A stretch of DNA of 64,000 nt from the IMG/VR virus record IMGVR_UViG_3300010158_000027, positions 186,001 to 250,000 of that record. One strand, given 5' to 3'. Position numbers and translations under genes: made by a program. Within the stretch, counting starts at the first letter, position 1. The number at the start of each line of letters is the position of its first letter. The notes under the pieces are model-generated. The model saw only the letters and a program-made list of their open reading frames with translations, searched no databases and was not told where the DNA came from. Positions 55,310-63,559 of this stretch are shown in pieces.

Positions 55310-55962
55310 GACAAGTATTAATTGAACAATTAGTAAAGAGAATCAAACAGACGTTAGTTACCGAAAGGAAGACTGATGAAATTTCATTGAAACTATCCAG
55401 AATGGTAATCAAACAGTTTAAAAAAAATGAGAATTTTGAACTGTATAATCTAAGTTTTGAAAGAGGTGACGAATATGCTGTCTTCGATTTTAAATGTTAT
55501 TTTTTAGAGGATGAAGAAATGGATGATCCGTTTTCGATACAGGCTGAAGCTGACATGGAGGAAATATTTATCGAGATTACGTTTAACCCTAATGCTTTTC
55601 CAGAAAACATGAACGACTTGGTTGCTGAAGTAAAAGAAACGATAGAGCACGAATTGGAACATGTTGAACAGCAAAATTTCCAAGACAAGGAAACATATAA
55701 CGATGAAGAGTATAGTCACAAAGACGAAGATTTTAATTTTAAATATTTAACATCAAAAATTGAAATACCAGCATATGTTAGGGGTCTCATTAAAAGATCA
55801 AAAACCAAAAGAATTTCTTTAGAAGACGCCATGGATGAATGGTTCGAAGAAAACAAAAGGAAATTTAAAGATCACAAAAAAGAATGGGCATTAATTAAAC
55901 AAACATGGTTGGATTATGCAAATCAAATGAGATCAAAAGGAAATATCAAAAAATTTAAGTAA
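55306..55962 (+). CDS. HExxH zinc metallopeptidase-like protein
   Basis: TIEHELEHVEQ plus downstream EIPAYVRG. Confidence 0.65.
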   Translation: MRQVLIEQLVKRIKQTLVTERKTDEISLKLSRMVIKQFKKNENFELYNLSFERGDEYAVFDFKCYFLEDEEMDDPFSIQAEADMEEIFIEITFNPNAFPENMNDLVAEVKETIEHELEHVEQQNFQDKETYNDEEYSHKDEDFNFKYLTSKIEIPAYVRGLIKRSKTKRISLEDAMDEWFEENKRKFKDHKKEWALIKQTWLDYANQMRSKGNIKKFK

Positions 55963-56005
55963 CCCATTGTCTTATCCTTATTTTATACTTAATTTTTATA
56001 AAAAT

Positions 56006-56443
56006 ATGGGTATGTTAAAAAATAAGATTAAAAGATTAGTAAAACGTTTTAGAGTAAAGTTTTATAGATGGGAAAAGGGGTCTAGTTGGTTTAAAACACC
56101 TGCGGAACCAACAGGGTATGAGAATATCTGTAAGGCTATTTGTCGAAAAATGATTAATCATCCAGATTCTAAATTTACAATCGCACCACTTTCACATAAG
56201 AGGTATATTATCAACAAACCGTTAGACATATTTATTATTATTGTTGATTCCAAAATTGAGATAACAAACCACGTTTATCACTACGTTATTAATTTAGGTG
56301 AAAGGGACGTTAATAAAATTATTGAGCATTTTGACAATAAAGTTGATAATATCCGAGTTCAATACGAGGGAGAAATTAAATCACAAATCGAAAACACATT
56401 ACATAGCATTTATGACAAAATCACCAACAGTCAAAACCCCTAA
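56006..56443 (+). CDS. Hypothetical protein
   Basis: ORF after a promoter-like motif. Confidence 0.6.
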   Translation: MGMLKNKIKRLVKRFRVKFYRWEKGSSWFKTPAEPTGYENICKAICRKMINHPDSKFTIAPLSHKRYIINKPLDIFIIIVDSKIEITNHVYHYVINLGERDVNKIIEHFDNKVDNIRVQYEGEIKSQIENTLHSIYDKITNSQNP

Positions 56444-56609
56444 AGGTATTGGGGAGTTAGATAATATTTATATCTCCGAATTAGGATTCTTAATGGTTAA
56501 AATCTATTTTAAAAATGGGACATATATAACTTACAATTTAGGCAAACACGATGAAAACAATAATGTATTCACCGATAAAATAAACAATTTCAATATAGTT
56601 GATTTATGA
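56412..56609 (+). CDS. Small hypothetical protein (MTKSPTVKTPKG...)
   Basis: Internal ATG of the tracked ORF. Confidence 0.55.
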   Translation: MTKSPTVKTPKGIGELDNIYISELGFLMVKIYFKNGTYITYNLGKHDENNNVFTDKINNFNIVDL

Positions 56610-56704
56610 GAAAAATTTATATATTTTTTTGGTGGTTATGGAATTATCCTGAAATTGTATGGATGAAATTTAAATCATATTTTAAAAAATGACAATCCAA
56701 CAGA

Positions 56705-56941
56705 ATGAAAAAATTAATTAGTATATTTGGGGTATTAATTTTGTTATCATGTAAGTCTAAGACTTATAAATACCAGATTAATGGTGAGGTATACATACCA
56801 TCGGCAGAATCAAATCGAAGGTATCCGGCAACATGGTATACCGATACGATATCCTTCGATAGTGAAACTGCTTATTATTTTAATAGTGACGGTAGTGAGG
56901 TTAGAATTGAACCACCTTATATTTTAAAATATAATAAATAA
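56705..56941 (+). CDS. Putative lipoprotein
   Basis: MKKLISIFGVLILLS-C lipobox-like signal. Confidence 0.65.
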   Translation: MKKLISIFGVLILLSCKSKTYKYQINGEVYIPSAESNRRYPATWYTDTISFDSETAYYFNSDGSEVRIEPPYILKYNK

Positions 56942-56952
56942 AAATAAGTGAT

Positions 56953-57210
56953 ATGACGGAAAGAGAATTAATACTTTTAGGGTTTAAAAGTGAAGAAATG
57001 GGAGAGCACGAAGATGATGAAACGTATTACTACGTTTTAGATATTGTCGATGGTATTACCTTTATTACACGAACCAATGATGAGATTAAAGATGATGAAT
57101 GGTATGTTGAATTTTTTAATACAGACCCCTCAGTTAGGTTCCACGATTTTAAGGAAGTACAATTATTAATCAATCAATTAACAAACGCCATTGTCAAAAA
57201 TGAAATTTAA
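56953..57210 (+). CDS. Hypothetical protein
   Basis: In operon. Confidence 0.6.
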   Translation: MTERELILLGFKSEEMGEHEDDETYYYVLDIVDGITFITRTNDEIKDDEWYVEFFNTDPSVRFHDFKEVQLLINQLTNAIVKNEI

Positions 57211-57580
57211 GATACCAACACATGATCCATACACTGGTGAATTAAATCCCCATTACGAGGAACTCACCGGAGAAAAACATCCACATTTAATTGAATATAA
57301 TGAGGATGAAACCAGTCATTGTTTTAATCTACAATCACTTATCGGTAAAGAATTTAGATACGATGGTAAGTATGGGATTTCTAATTGGACGGACAAGGTT
57401 AAAAATATCGAACCAAATTCAAACATCTATCCCAATCCGTTAGAATCGATAAGGGCAACCAAAAGTGGAAACGTAACCAAACCATATAAAATGGTTGGAT
57501 ACACCTATAATTTACATGTTAGATCAACAAGGGGTGAACAACTTTACGAGTTTGAGAAGTGTATATTTTTAGATAATTAA
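57200..57580 (+). CDS. Hypothetical protein
   Basis: In operon. Confidence 0.6.
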   Translation: MKFKIPTHDPYTGELNPHYEELTGEKHPHLIEYNEDETSHCFNLQSLIGKEFRYDGKYGISNWTDKVKNIEPNSNIYPNPLESIRATKSGNVTKPYKMVGYTYNLHVRSTRGEQLYEFEKCIFLDN

Positions 57581-57596
57581 AAAACATATTAGACTA

Positions 57597-58211
57597 ATGG
57601 ATATTTTTAACACAAAAATAGATTTGACCAAAATAACGTGCCATTCTGGAGGGGCGGTGGGATCAGATACCGTTTGGGACGAGATTGGTGAAGAGTTTGG
57701 TGTCAAAACCAATGCTTATTCCTATAGAACAAAGTCGCACGTATCTCAGAATAAGGTGGAGATTTCCGACCAAGATTATGAAGAAGGTGTTATTCAAATA
57801 ACCAAAGCAAACGAAATTTTGGGTAGGTTTGGTATTCATAAATATATGAATCTATTGGCTAGAAACTGGTCGCAGGTTAAATATTCAAAACAAGTTTTTG
57901 CGATTGGTACTATAATCGAAGCTGGCGGGAAATCCGTTAAAGGATACAAAAACAAGTCTAAAAATGACGTAGTTGATGGTGGTACAGGATATGCCGTTAT
58001 GATGGCAATCAATCAAAAAAACGATGCTTATGTTTTCGACCAAATTAAAGATAAGTGGTTTAAATGGGATTATGACTCTCTTAGGTTTGCGGAGTTAAAA
58101 GATGTTCCTTCGATTACAGAACAGGATTTTGCGGGTATAGGAACAAGAGAGATTCGACCGAACGGAATACAAGCAATCAGAGATGTTTATACAAAAACAT
58201 TTATTAAATAA
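57597..58211 (+). CDS. SLOG/DprA-like Rossmann-fold protein
   Basis: CHSGGAVGSD, GGTGYAV and FAGIGTR motifs. Confidence 0.65.
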   Translation: MDIFNTKIDLTKITCHSGGAVGSDTVWDEIGEEFGVKTNAYSYRTKSHVSQNKVEISDQDYEEGVIQITKANEILGRFGIHKYMNLLARNWSQVKYSKQVFAIGTIIEAGGKSVKGYKNKSKNDVVDGGTGYAVMMAINQKNDAYVFDQIKDKWFKWDYDSLRFAELKDVPSITEQDFAGIGTREIRPNGIQAIRDVYTKTFIK

Positions 58212-58285
58212 AAAAAACAACAATTAAATCCTCATCTGACAAGTTGGGGATTGTTTTTTTAAAATAAAATTTCTATATTTACAAT

Positions 58286-58690
58286 ATGGAAAAGCGAAGT
58301 AAACACTACGGAGACGTGGTAAAGTGGATAGAAAAGGTAATTGACTCTTGCGAGACATATCGGCAATCAATTACCGTACTTAAATTAATCAGAAATTTTC
58401 GTCAACAATTAATTAATAAATCTCCAGAGACGTATTGGGGAAGTTACCATTACGACATTATTAGTCCACTCGAAAGTAGATTAAGGAGTCGACAATATAC
58501 TATCACATCGACACTAAATGATGGGGAGGATATCGACAAATTAAAAAAAAAACTTGAGGATTTAACAGATAAGTACTCAAGGGTTGTAACCATCCAATCT
58601 GATCCAAAATATCTTGGAACGTTTGAGGATGACAGGAACCAAATTGCGAAGGAAATAAAACTGGTAAAACGTAAAATTAACAATAAATAA
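58286..58690 (+). CDS. Hypothetical protein
   Basis: TTGTTT-N17-TATATT promoter 6 nt before ATG. Confidence 0.6.
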   Translation: MEKRSKHYGDVVKWIEKVIDSCETYRQSITVLKLIRNFRQQLINKSPETYWGSYHYDIISPLESRLRSRQYTITSTLNDGEDIDKLKKKLEDLTDKYSRVVTIQSDPKYLGTFEDDRNQIAKEIKLVKRKINNK

Positions 58691-58966
58691 ATGATTGGTA
58701 TGTTGAAAAATTTTGTAAAATGGTTTGAAATAAACTGTGGATGGTTTTTTACACATGGTAGAAAACAAGCTGCGTGGGCGGAATACTTAAGAAAAAAATA
58801 TGGTAAAGAGGAAACTAAAAAACCAACTCGTATCACGTTTAGTCCAACACCTAAATGTTTAATTTGTGAAACTGACATGGAAACAATAAAATTAAACCAA
58901 CCATTTTGTGGTGGATGTCTATCTGTTTTGACGGGATTAGTTAAAAATAAGAAAGATGAAATTTAA
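58691..58966 (+). CDS. Small zinc-ribbon protein
   Basis: CLIC...CGGC. Confidence 0.55.
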   Translation: MIGMLKNFVKWFEINCGWFFTHGRKQAAWAEYLRKKYGKEETKKPTRITFSPTPKCLICETDMETIKLNQPFCGGCLSVLTGLVKNKKDEI

Positions 58967-58975
58967 ATATAAGTT

Positions 58976-60268
58976 ATGAATACATTAGATAAAAAATACA
59001 CAGATTTACTCCGAGATATATTAGATAATGGAGTCCGCAAGGAGGATCGTACTGGGACAGGCACACTTTCAGTATTCGGAAGACAGATTCGTCATAATAT
59101 GTCTGAAGGATTTCCATTGATTACATCAAAGAAGATGTATTTTAAGGGTATTGTAACCGAACTATTATGGTTTTTAAGAGGTGATACAAACATTAAATTC
59201 CTAATTGATAATAGTTGTCATATTTGGGATGGAGACGCTTATCAAGCTTATTGTGAGCGATATTGGGAATTAGATGAGATAGATAAAATAAAATATGGTA
59301 GTTCATATTATAATAACGAAACTAATGAGTATGAGTTCGAAACATATTCAAAAGAAGAATTCGTTGACTATATCAAAACAAATGATGAGTTTGCTAAGAA
59401 GTACGGAGATTTAGGCCCAGTTTACGGGAAGCAGTGGAGAGATTGGAAGCATATTAAAGAAGGCGGTTACTTACTTAAAAATGGAAATGAAGGTACAGGA
59501 ACAACAACTAAACATATTGACCAAATCGCAAACCTAATCAACGACCTTAAAACAAACCCAGACTCACGTAGGTTAATGGTTTCAGCGTGGCATGTTGGTG
59601 ATATAGATGAAATGACATTGCCGCCATGCCATTTCGGATTTCAAGTTTATACAAGAGAGTTTAGTTTGGACGAGAGAAAACAAATATTTGAAGATAGAGG
59701 ATACGTTTGCGATCTATGGCCATTTAATGGTGACTGGCATGGTGAATATGATGGATTTGGAATACCACGCAGAGCAATCTCATTAATGTGGTCGCAAAGA
59801 TCGTGTGATATTTTTTTGGGAATCCCATTCAACATCGCTTCTTATGGGTTGTTATTAGAAATCATTGCTAAAACAGTTAATATGGTTCCTGATGAATTGA
59901 TTGGAAACTTGGGTGATACTCATTTATATTCAAATCACATTGAACAAGCAAAGGAACAAATAGGTAGAGAATTAACATATAAAGAACGTTATGATATTTG
60001 GTTTGAGAATAATTACCAAACTGGTATGGAATATAATTTAGATGTCGAACAAGACTTTAATAATAATGTTGGTGAAGATTACATGACTGTACCACCTTAT
60101 AGGTCGAGAGAACCTTTTCCATTACCAACATTAAAAATAAATTCAGGAAATGATAATTGGCATTTATTAGGTATCAACGAAATCATTAATAGTTTAGATC
60201 CAGATATTACTTTTAAAATAGAGAACTATCAATCACATCCGACAATTAAAGCACCACTATCAAATTAA
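58976..60268 (+). CDS. thyA: Thymidylate synthase with large insertions
   Basis: DRTGTGT, ELLWFLRG, LGPVYGKQWR, PDSRR, LPPCH, QRSCD.FLG.PFNIASY, GDTHLY.NH. Confidence 0.95.
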   Translation: MNTLDKKYTDLLRDILDNGVRKEDRTGTGTLSVFGRQIRHNMSEGFPLITSKKMYFKGIVTELLWFLRGDTNIKFLIDNSCHIWDGDAYQAYCERYWELDEIDKIKYGSSYYNNETNEYEFETYSKEEFVDYIKTNDEFAKKYGDLGPVYGKQWRDWKHIKEGGYLLKNGNEGTGTTTKHIDQIANLINDLKTNPDSRRLMVSAWHVGDIDEMTLPPCHFGFQVYTREFSLDERKQIFEDRGYVCDLWPFNGDWHGEYDGFGIPRRAISLMWSQRSCDIFLGIPFNIASYGLLLEIIAKTVNMVPDELIGNLGDTHLYSNHIEQAKEQIGRELTYKERYDIWFENNYQTGMEYNLDVEQDFNNNVGEDYMTVPPYRSREPFPLPTLKINSGNDNWHLLGINEIINSLDPDITFKIENYQSHPTIKAPLSN

Positions 60269-60274
60269 TCGATT

Positions 60275-60511
60275 ATGAAAACAGGAACCATTAGACATAA
60301 AGACAATATCGGGGTTTATATTGAATATGAACCAAGAAAAGTTTACGGATATTATAAGAACGAAGAGATCTGTAAAATATATTATAGTGAAATAATATTG
60401 AACCCAGACATATTTGCACCTGAGGTTAGTGTTGGAGATAAGGTGTCGTTTATTATTAAAACATATGGAACTGGTGATGGTTCATTTTATGTTGCAGAAA
60501 TAGTTGATTAA
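60275..60511 (+). CDS. Hypothetical protein
   Basis: In operon. Confidence 0.55.
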   Translation: MKTGTIRHKDNIGVYIEYEPRKVYGYYKNEEICKIYYSEIILNPDIFAPEVSVGDKVSFIIKTYGTGDGSFYVAEIVD

Positions 60512-60557
60512 CATTAATCGGATAACTATATTTGTATAGGTAAACAAAATTGAAATT

Positions 60558-60764
60558 ATGGAGAAAGAAAATAACAAATGGACAAGAGATCAAGGAGAAT
60601 TGGATAAGCAAAGACTCCTCGAAGCATTAAAGGAAATTTCCGTCTCAGAAGAGGATTTGGAATGGGTTAGTGATAAATTAGATGGGATAATCGACGAGAA
60701 AGAAAAAAATGAAACAAAAGGTAATATTAGTGATAATAACTTTAATAATCGTTTACACTTATAG
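60558..60764 (+). CDS. Hypothetical protein
   Basis: Follows a TATATTTG motif. Confidence 0.55.
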   Translation: MEKENNKWTRDQGELDKQRLLEALKEISVSEEDLEWVSDKLDGIIDEKEKNETKGNISDNNFNNRLHL

Positions 60765-60815
60765 TTATACCCAATCAAAGTACTATACCCCTTTTTAAAA
60801 ATTAAACCACATAAT

Positions 60816-61136
60816 ATGGAACCAATAGTTAATAAATTAAATTTTGATTTACCAGAAACACCAGACTTTAATCTGGACAATATTGTAAACGAATTCATTC
60901 AGGAGCAACTAAAAAGGGAAGATGAAATTTTTACATCAGCTTTAAGAAAAATGGCTGAACCACCAATAAAGGGTGAGATTACAAAAGGTAAGGTAAAGTG
61001 GAGAGGAATACGGATTGTTCAACATAATGATGGATTTAAATATACAAAATGGTTAGAGCAAAGAGGTAAACAGATTAGTCCAAAAATTATATTTGACGGT
61101 ATTATTAATAATGATTTAAATTATGAAAGCGAGTGA
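60816..61136 (+). CDS. Hypothetical protein
   Basis: 106-aa ORF. Confidence 0.55.
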   Translation: MEPIVNKLNFDLPETPDFNLDNIVNEFIQEQLKREDEIFTSALRKMAEPPIKGEITKGKVKWRGIRIVQHNDGFKYTKWLEQRGKQISPKIIFDGIINNDLNYESE

Positions 61137-61599
61137 TTTAAGGATTGGGAATTGGGTAAAAATAAAAGAAGAGTTTTCAGAAAGAGACATTCCTTTAGAA
61201 ACATTAGAATTTCAAATTGAAGGGTTTAATGATGGAAGTAACAGATACGAAGAAGGAGCAAAACAAATTTTATTTTGGAGTATAAAAAATAAAGTTTTTG
61301 GGACTACAACTAGTGGGTCTTATGATATAGAATGTGAACCTATTTTATTAACAGAAGAGTGGTTGTTGAAGTTTGGTTTTAAAAAAGAAAACAATACCAC
61401 ATATTCAATAAGTGACAAATTAAGTTCTAGTGAAGTGGGAAAATGGTATTTTTTTAAAAATGAAAACAATTCGTTTACACCACATATAAAAAGAGAAAAT
61501 AAGTTTAGCTGGATTGGAAAAGAAATTAAATACGTACACCAACTACAAAACCTATACTTTGCTCTTACTGGAGAAGAACTTTTATTAAAAGAAATATGA
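61123..61599 (+). CDS. Common Bacteroidota-phage hypothetical protein (LRIGN..LTEEWLLKFGF..YVHQLQNLYFALTGEEL)
   Basis: Recognised motif family. Confidence 0.75.
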   Translation: MKASDLRIGNWVKIKEEFSERDIPLETLEFQIEGFNDGSNRYEEGAKQILFWSIKNKVFGTTTSGSYDIECEPILLTEEWLLKFGFKKENNTTYSISDKLSSSEVGKWYFFKNENNSFTPHIKRENKFSWIGKEIKYVHQLQNLYFALTGEELLLKEI

Positions 61600-61689
61600 A
61601 TAAAGAAAGAATTAGGATGGACTGAACAAACGAGGACAGAAGGACATAGGCAATTTGTTTCTTTGGTTAAACCACAAATGTAGCCTTGT

Positions 61690-61820
61690 TGCTAACGGTT
61701 GAGGGTTTATTTAGTGGCGACTTTACGCACAAAACTTAATTAGAAATACAAAACTTGATAATATGAAAACTGATAATTTGAAACACGAAACTAAGCCATT
61801 GAATAAACCCTTTGTTATGC
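61690..61820 (+). repeat. attC-like site B (TGCTAAC...GTTATGC, 131 bp)
   Basis: Arms AGGGTTTATTTAGTGGC / GCCATTGAATAAACCCT. Confidence 0.8.
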
Positions 61821-62056
61821 GAAGTTTTTTTAAGAAACCAAGTAAGATTATAGAGGTGGAAATCCCAAAAGGTTTTTTCAATTGTGGCGTAAGTGTATGC
61901 AACCACTTTTTTGCAGATACAAATAATAGCGTAGATTGGAAAACGCTTAAATTTCCATTACCAAAACCATTAGGTAAAAAATGGGAGATATTAAGATATG
62001 ATATTGTGAATGAAGAAAAAACCATTGTAGAATTAGTTTCTCGTGGGTGGTTCTAA
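61763..62056 (+). CDS. Cassette 1 ORF (start lies inside site B)
   Basis: ATG within the attC-like loop; GTT crossover is an in-frame Val codon. Confidence 0.6.
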   Translation: MKTDNLKHETKPLNKPFVMRSFFKKPSKIIEVEIPKGFFNCGVSVCNHFFADTNNSVDWKTLKFPLPKPLGKKWEILRYDIVNEEKTIVELVSRGWF

Positions 62057-62062
62057 AATTTC

Positions 62063-62193
62063 GCATAACGATACTCAGATATATGGAGTTTTTTCTTAAA
62101 TTGAAATAATAAACTTAAATAATATGAATAAAGATAATAAGAACACAGAAGTTAATGACACAGATAAAAAATTACATATATCTGATGTTAGAA
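62063..62193 (+). repeat. attC-like site C (GCATAAC...GTTAGAA, 131 bp)
   Basis: Arms TCAGATATATG / CATATATCTGA. Confidence 0.8.
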
Positions 62194-62363
62194 ATAGTAT
62201 TCAAGAACGGATTAAAGGACATAAAAACAACATCAGTAGTTGTTTAGAGTTAATACAGACTAAAGGTAGAGAAACTGATGTTGTTATTAACTTATCAGTT
62301 AGTATTAGGAACTCAGAAATTAGAATATCTGAACTGGAATTAGTTCTTGAATATTGTTTCTAA
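62124..62363 (+). CDS. Cassette 2 ORF (start inside site C, stop inside site D)
   Basis: In-frame GTT; the TAA stop is the TAA of TTCTAAC. Confidence 0.6.
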   Translation: MNKDNKNTEVNDTDKKLHISDVRNSIQERIKGHKNNISSCLELIQTKGRETDVVINLSVSIRNSEIRISELELVLEYCF

Positions 62364-62434
62364 CGTTTTGCAACTACGCTTAACGGCTATCGGAAGCGAA
62401 CGTTTCAAGCCGTTGAGTGTAGATGCTGTTAGGT
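62358..62434 (+). repeat. attC-like site D (TTCTAAC...GTTAGGT, 77 bp)
   Basis: Arms CTACGCTTAACGGCT / AGCCGTTGAGTGTAG. Confidence 0.8.
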
Positions 62435-62464
62435 GCAGTATTTTTAACAAGTAAATTTAAAATT

Positions 62465-62686
62465 ATGATAATTGATTACAATAAAATAATAGAAAAGCAT
62501 TTAGGTGTTAATACTCCTCAATGGATAAAAGACAATGTATATAGTTGCATTAAAGAAATAGAAGAGCAAAATAAAAAAGAATGCAGTTATATCTCAGATG
62601 GAAGGTTTACATCAGGCAATTGTCTTTATTGCGGAAAATCCAAATACACTCACGGTTTATCGGTAGGTTCGTGCTATTGCAGCTAA
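62465..62686 (+). CDS. Cassette 3 ORF with CLYC motif (stop inside site E)
   Basis: Own AAAATT-ATG start; TAA within AGCTAAC. Confidence 0.6.
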   Translation: MIIDYNKIIEKHLGVNTPQWIKDNVYSCIKEIEEQNKKECSYISDGRFTSGNCLYCGKSKYTHGLSVGSCYCS

Positions 62687-62774
62687 CGATTGGGTGTATG
62701 AGAAGGTTTGCTTAGATGAACTTTCAAATTACCACGAATACTCATAGCAAACTTTCTTATACACCTTGTTACAA
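62681..62774 (+). repeat. attC-like site E (AGCTAAC...GTTACAA, 94 bp)
   Basis: 20-bp arms; sister of site A. Confidence 0.8.
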
Positions 62775-62835
62775 CCAGTACGGTTAATTTAAGATAAAAC
62801 TTGACTAATTGGAAAATAAGTAGTATATTTGTATT

Positions 62836-63030
62836 ATGGAAGAAGAAAAACACATTATTGAAACTTTAGCTAATATTGGCGTAGAAAAAGAAACAACGCT
62901 TGAAATAATGCACGAACTCTTATTTAATTCAAGTAACTACGCTGATAATCAAGATGCGATTGACACTATGTTACAAGAAAAATTGGGGATTGATTTATAC
63001 ATAACATTAACACAATATAAAAAAATATGA
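62836..63030 (+). CDS. Cassette 4 ORF a
   Basis: TTGACT-N17-TATATTTG promoter 4-6 nt upstream. Confidence 0.55.
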   Translation: MEEEKHIIETLANIGVEKETTLEIMHELLFNSSNYADNQDAIDTMLQEKLGIDLYITLTQYKKI

Positions 63031-63392
63031 AAAACAGATTTTACATAAAAAACTTTGAAGAAGCCGCTTCATTGAGGAAAAAAGAATTAGACGATGCTTT
63101 GGTTGAAAAATACGAAAAACTCTTATTTCTAGAGAATATCCCAACTGAAGATAAATTAGAATTATCTCAATTGTATGAAGATTTTACTAAGTTTTTAATA
63201 AATGTTGATAATTGTGAAGAAAATTTTCAAACTCTCTTCATTCCGATAACTAAAAAACTATATACTGAGTTTAAAGAAACTGATTTTATTAAAATATTTG
63301 AAATGTATTCAGAGTGGTGTGTTAATTCTAAACTAGAGAATGACGATGAAATATTTAAAGGGTTTATGACGTACTATAAATCGAAGCGATAA
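63027..63392 (+). CDS. Cassette 4 ORF b
   Basis: ATGA-coupled; ends just before TATTGGTTATAAC. Confidence 0.6.
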   Translation: MKNRFYIKNFEEAASLRKKELDDALVEKYEKLLFLENIPTEDKLELSQLYEDFTKFLINVDNCEENFQTLFIPITKKLYTEFKETDFIKIFEMYSEWCVNSKLENDDEIFKGFMTYYKSKR

Positions 63393-63397
63393 TGTAG

Positions 63398-63430
63398 TAT
63401 TGGTTATAACTAGTGGCTATACGAACTTTA
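63398..63430 (+). repeat. Partial attC-like site F (left arm only)
   Basis: TATTGGTTATAAC complements GTTACAACCAGTA of site E; no clear right arm. Confidence 0.55.
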
Positions 63431-63559
63431 AATTGTATAAAAAATGAAAGTTATTGAAAAACAGTTAGATAACCATACAATCAAAATTATGATTATTTCT
63501 CATAGATTTAATAACTTTCCTAATCTTGACTCAGAAGGATGTTTAATACTTAAAAGAAT

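Larger units (their letters stand above)
61690..63410 (+). mobile_element. Integron-like gene-cassette array (no integrase in the window)
   Basis: Four complete attC-like hairpins plus one partial site; each cassette's two ends are complementary. Confidence 0.75.

Noticed and set aside
60709-60798. 29-aa signal-peptide-like ORF
   Set aside because: Overlaps another ORF and stops early; at best a fragment.
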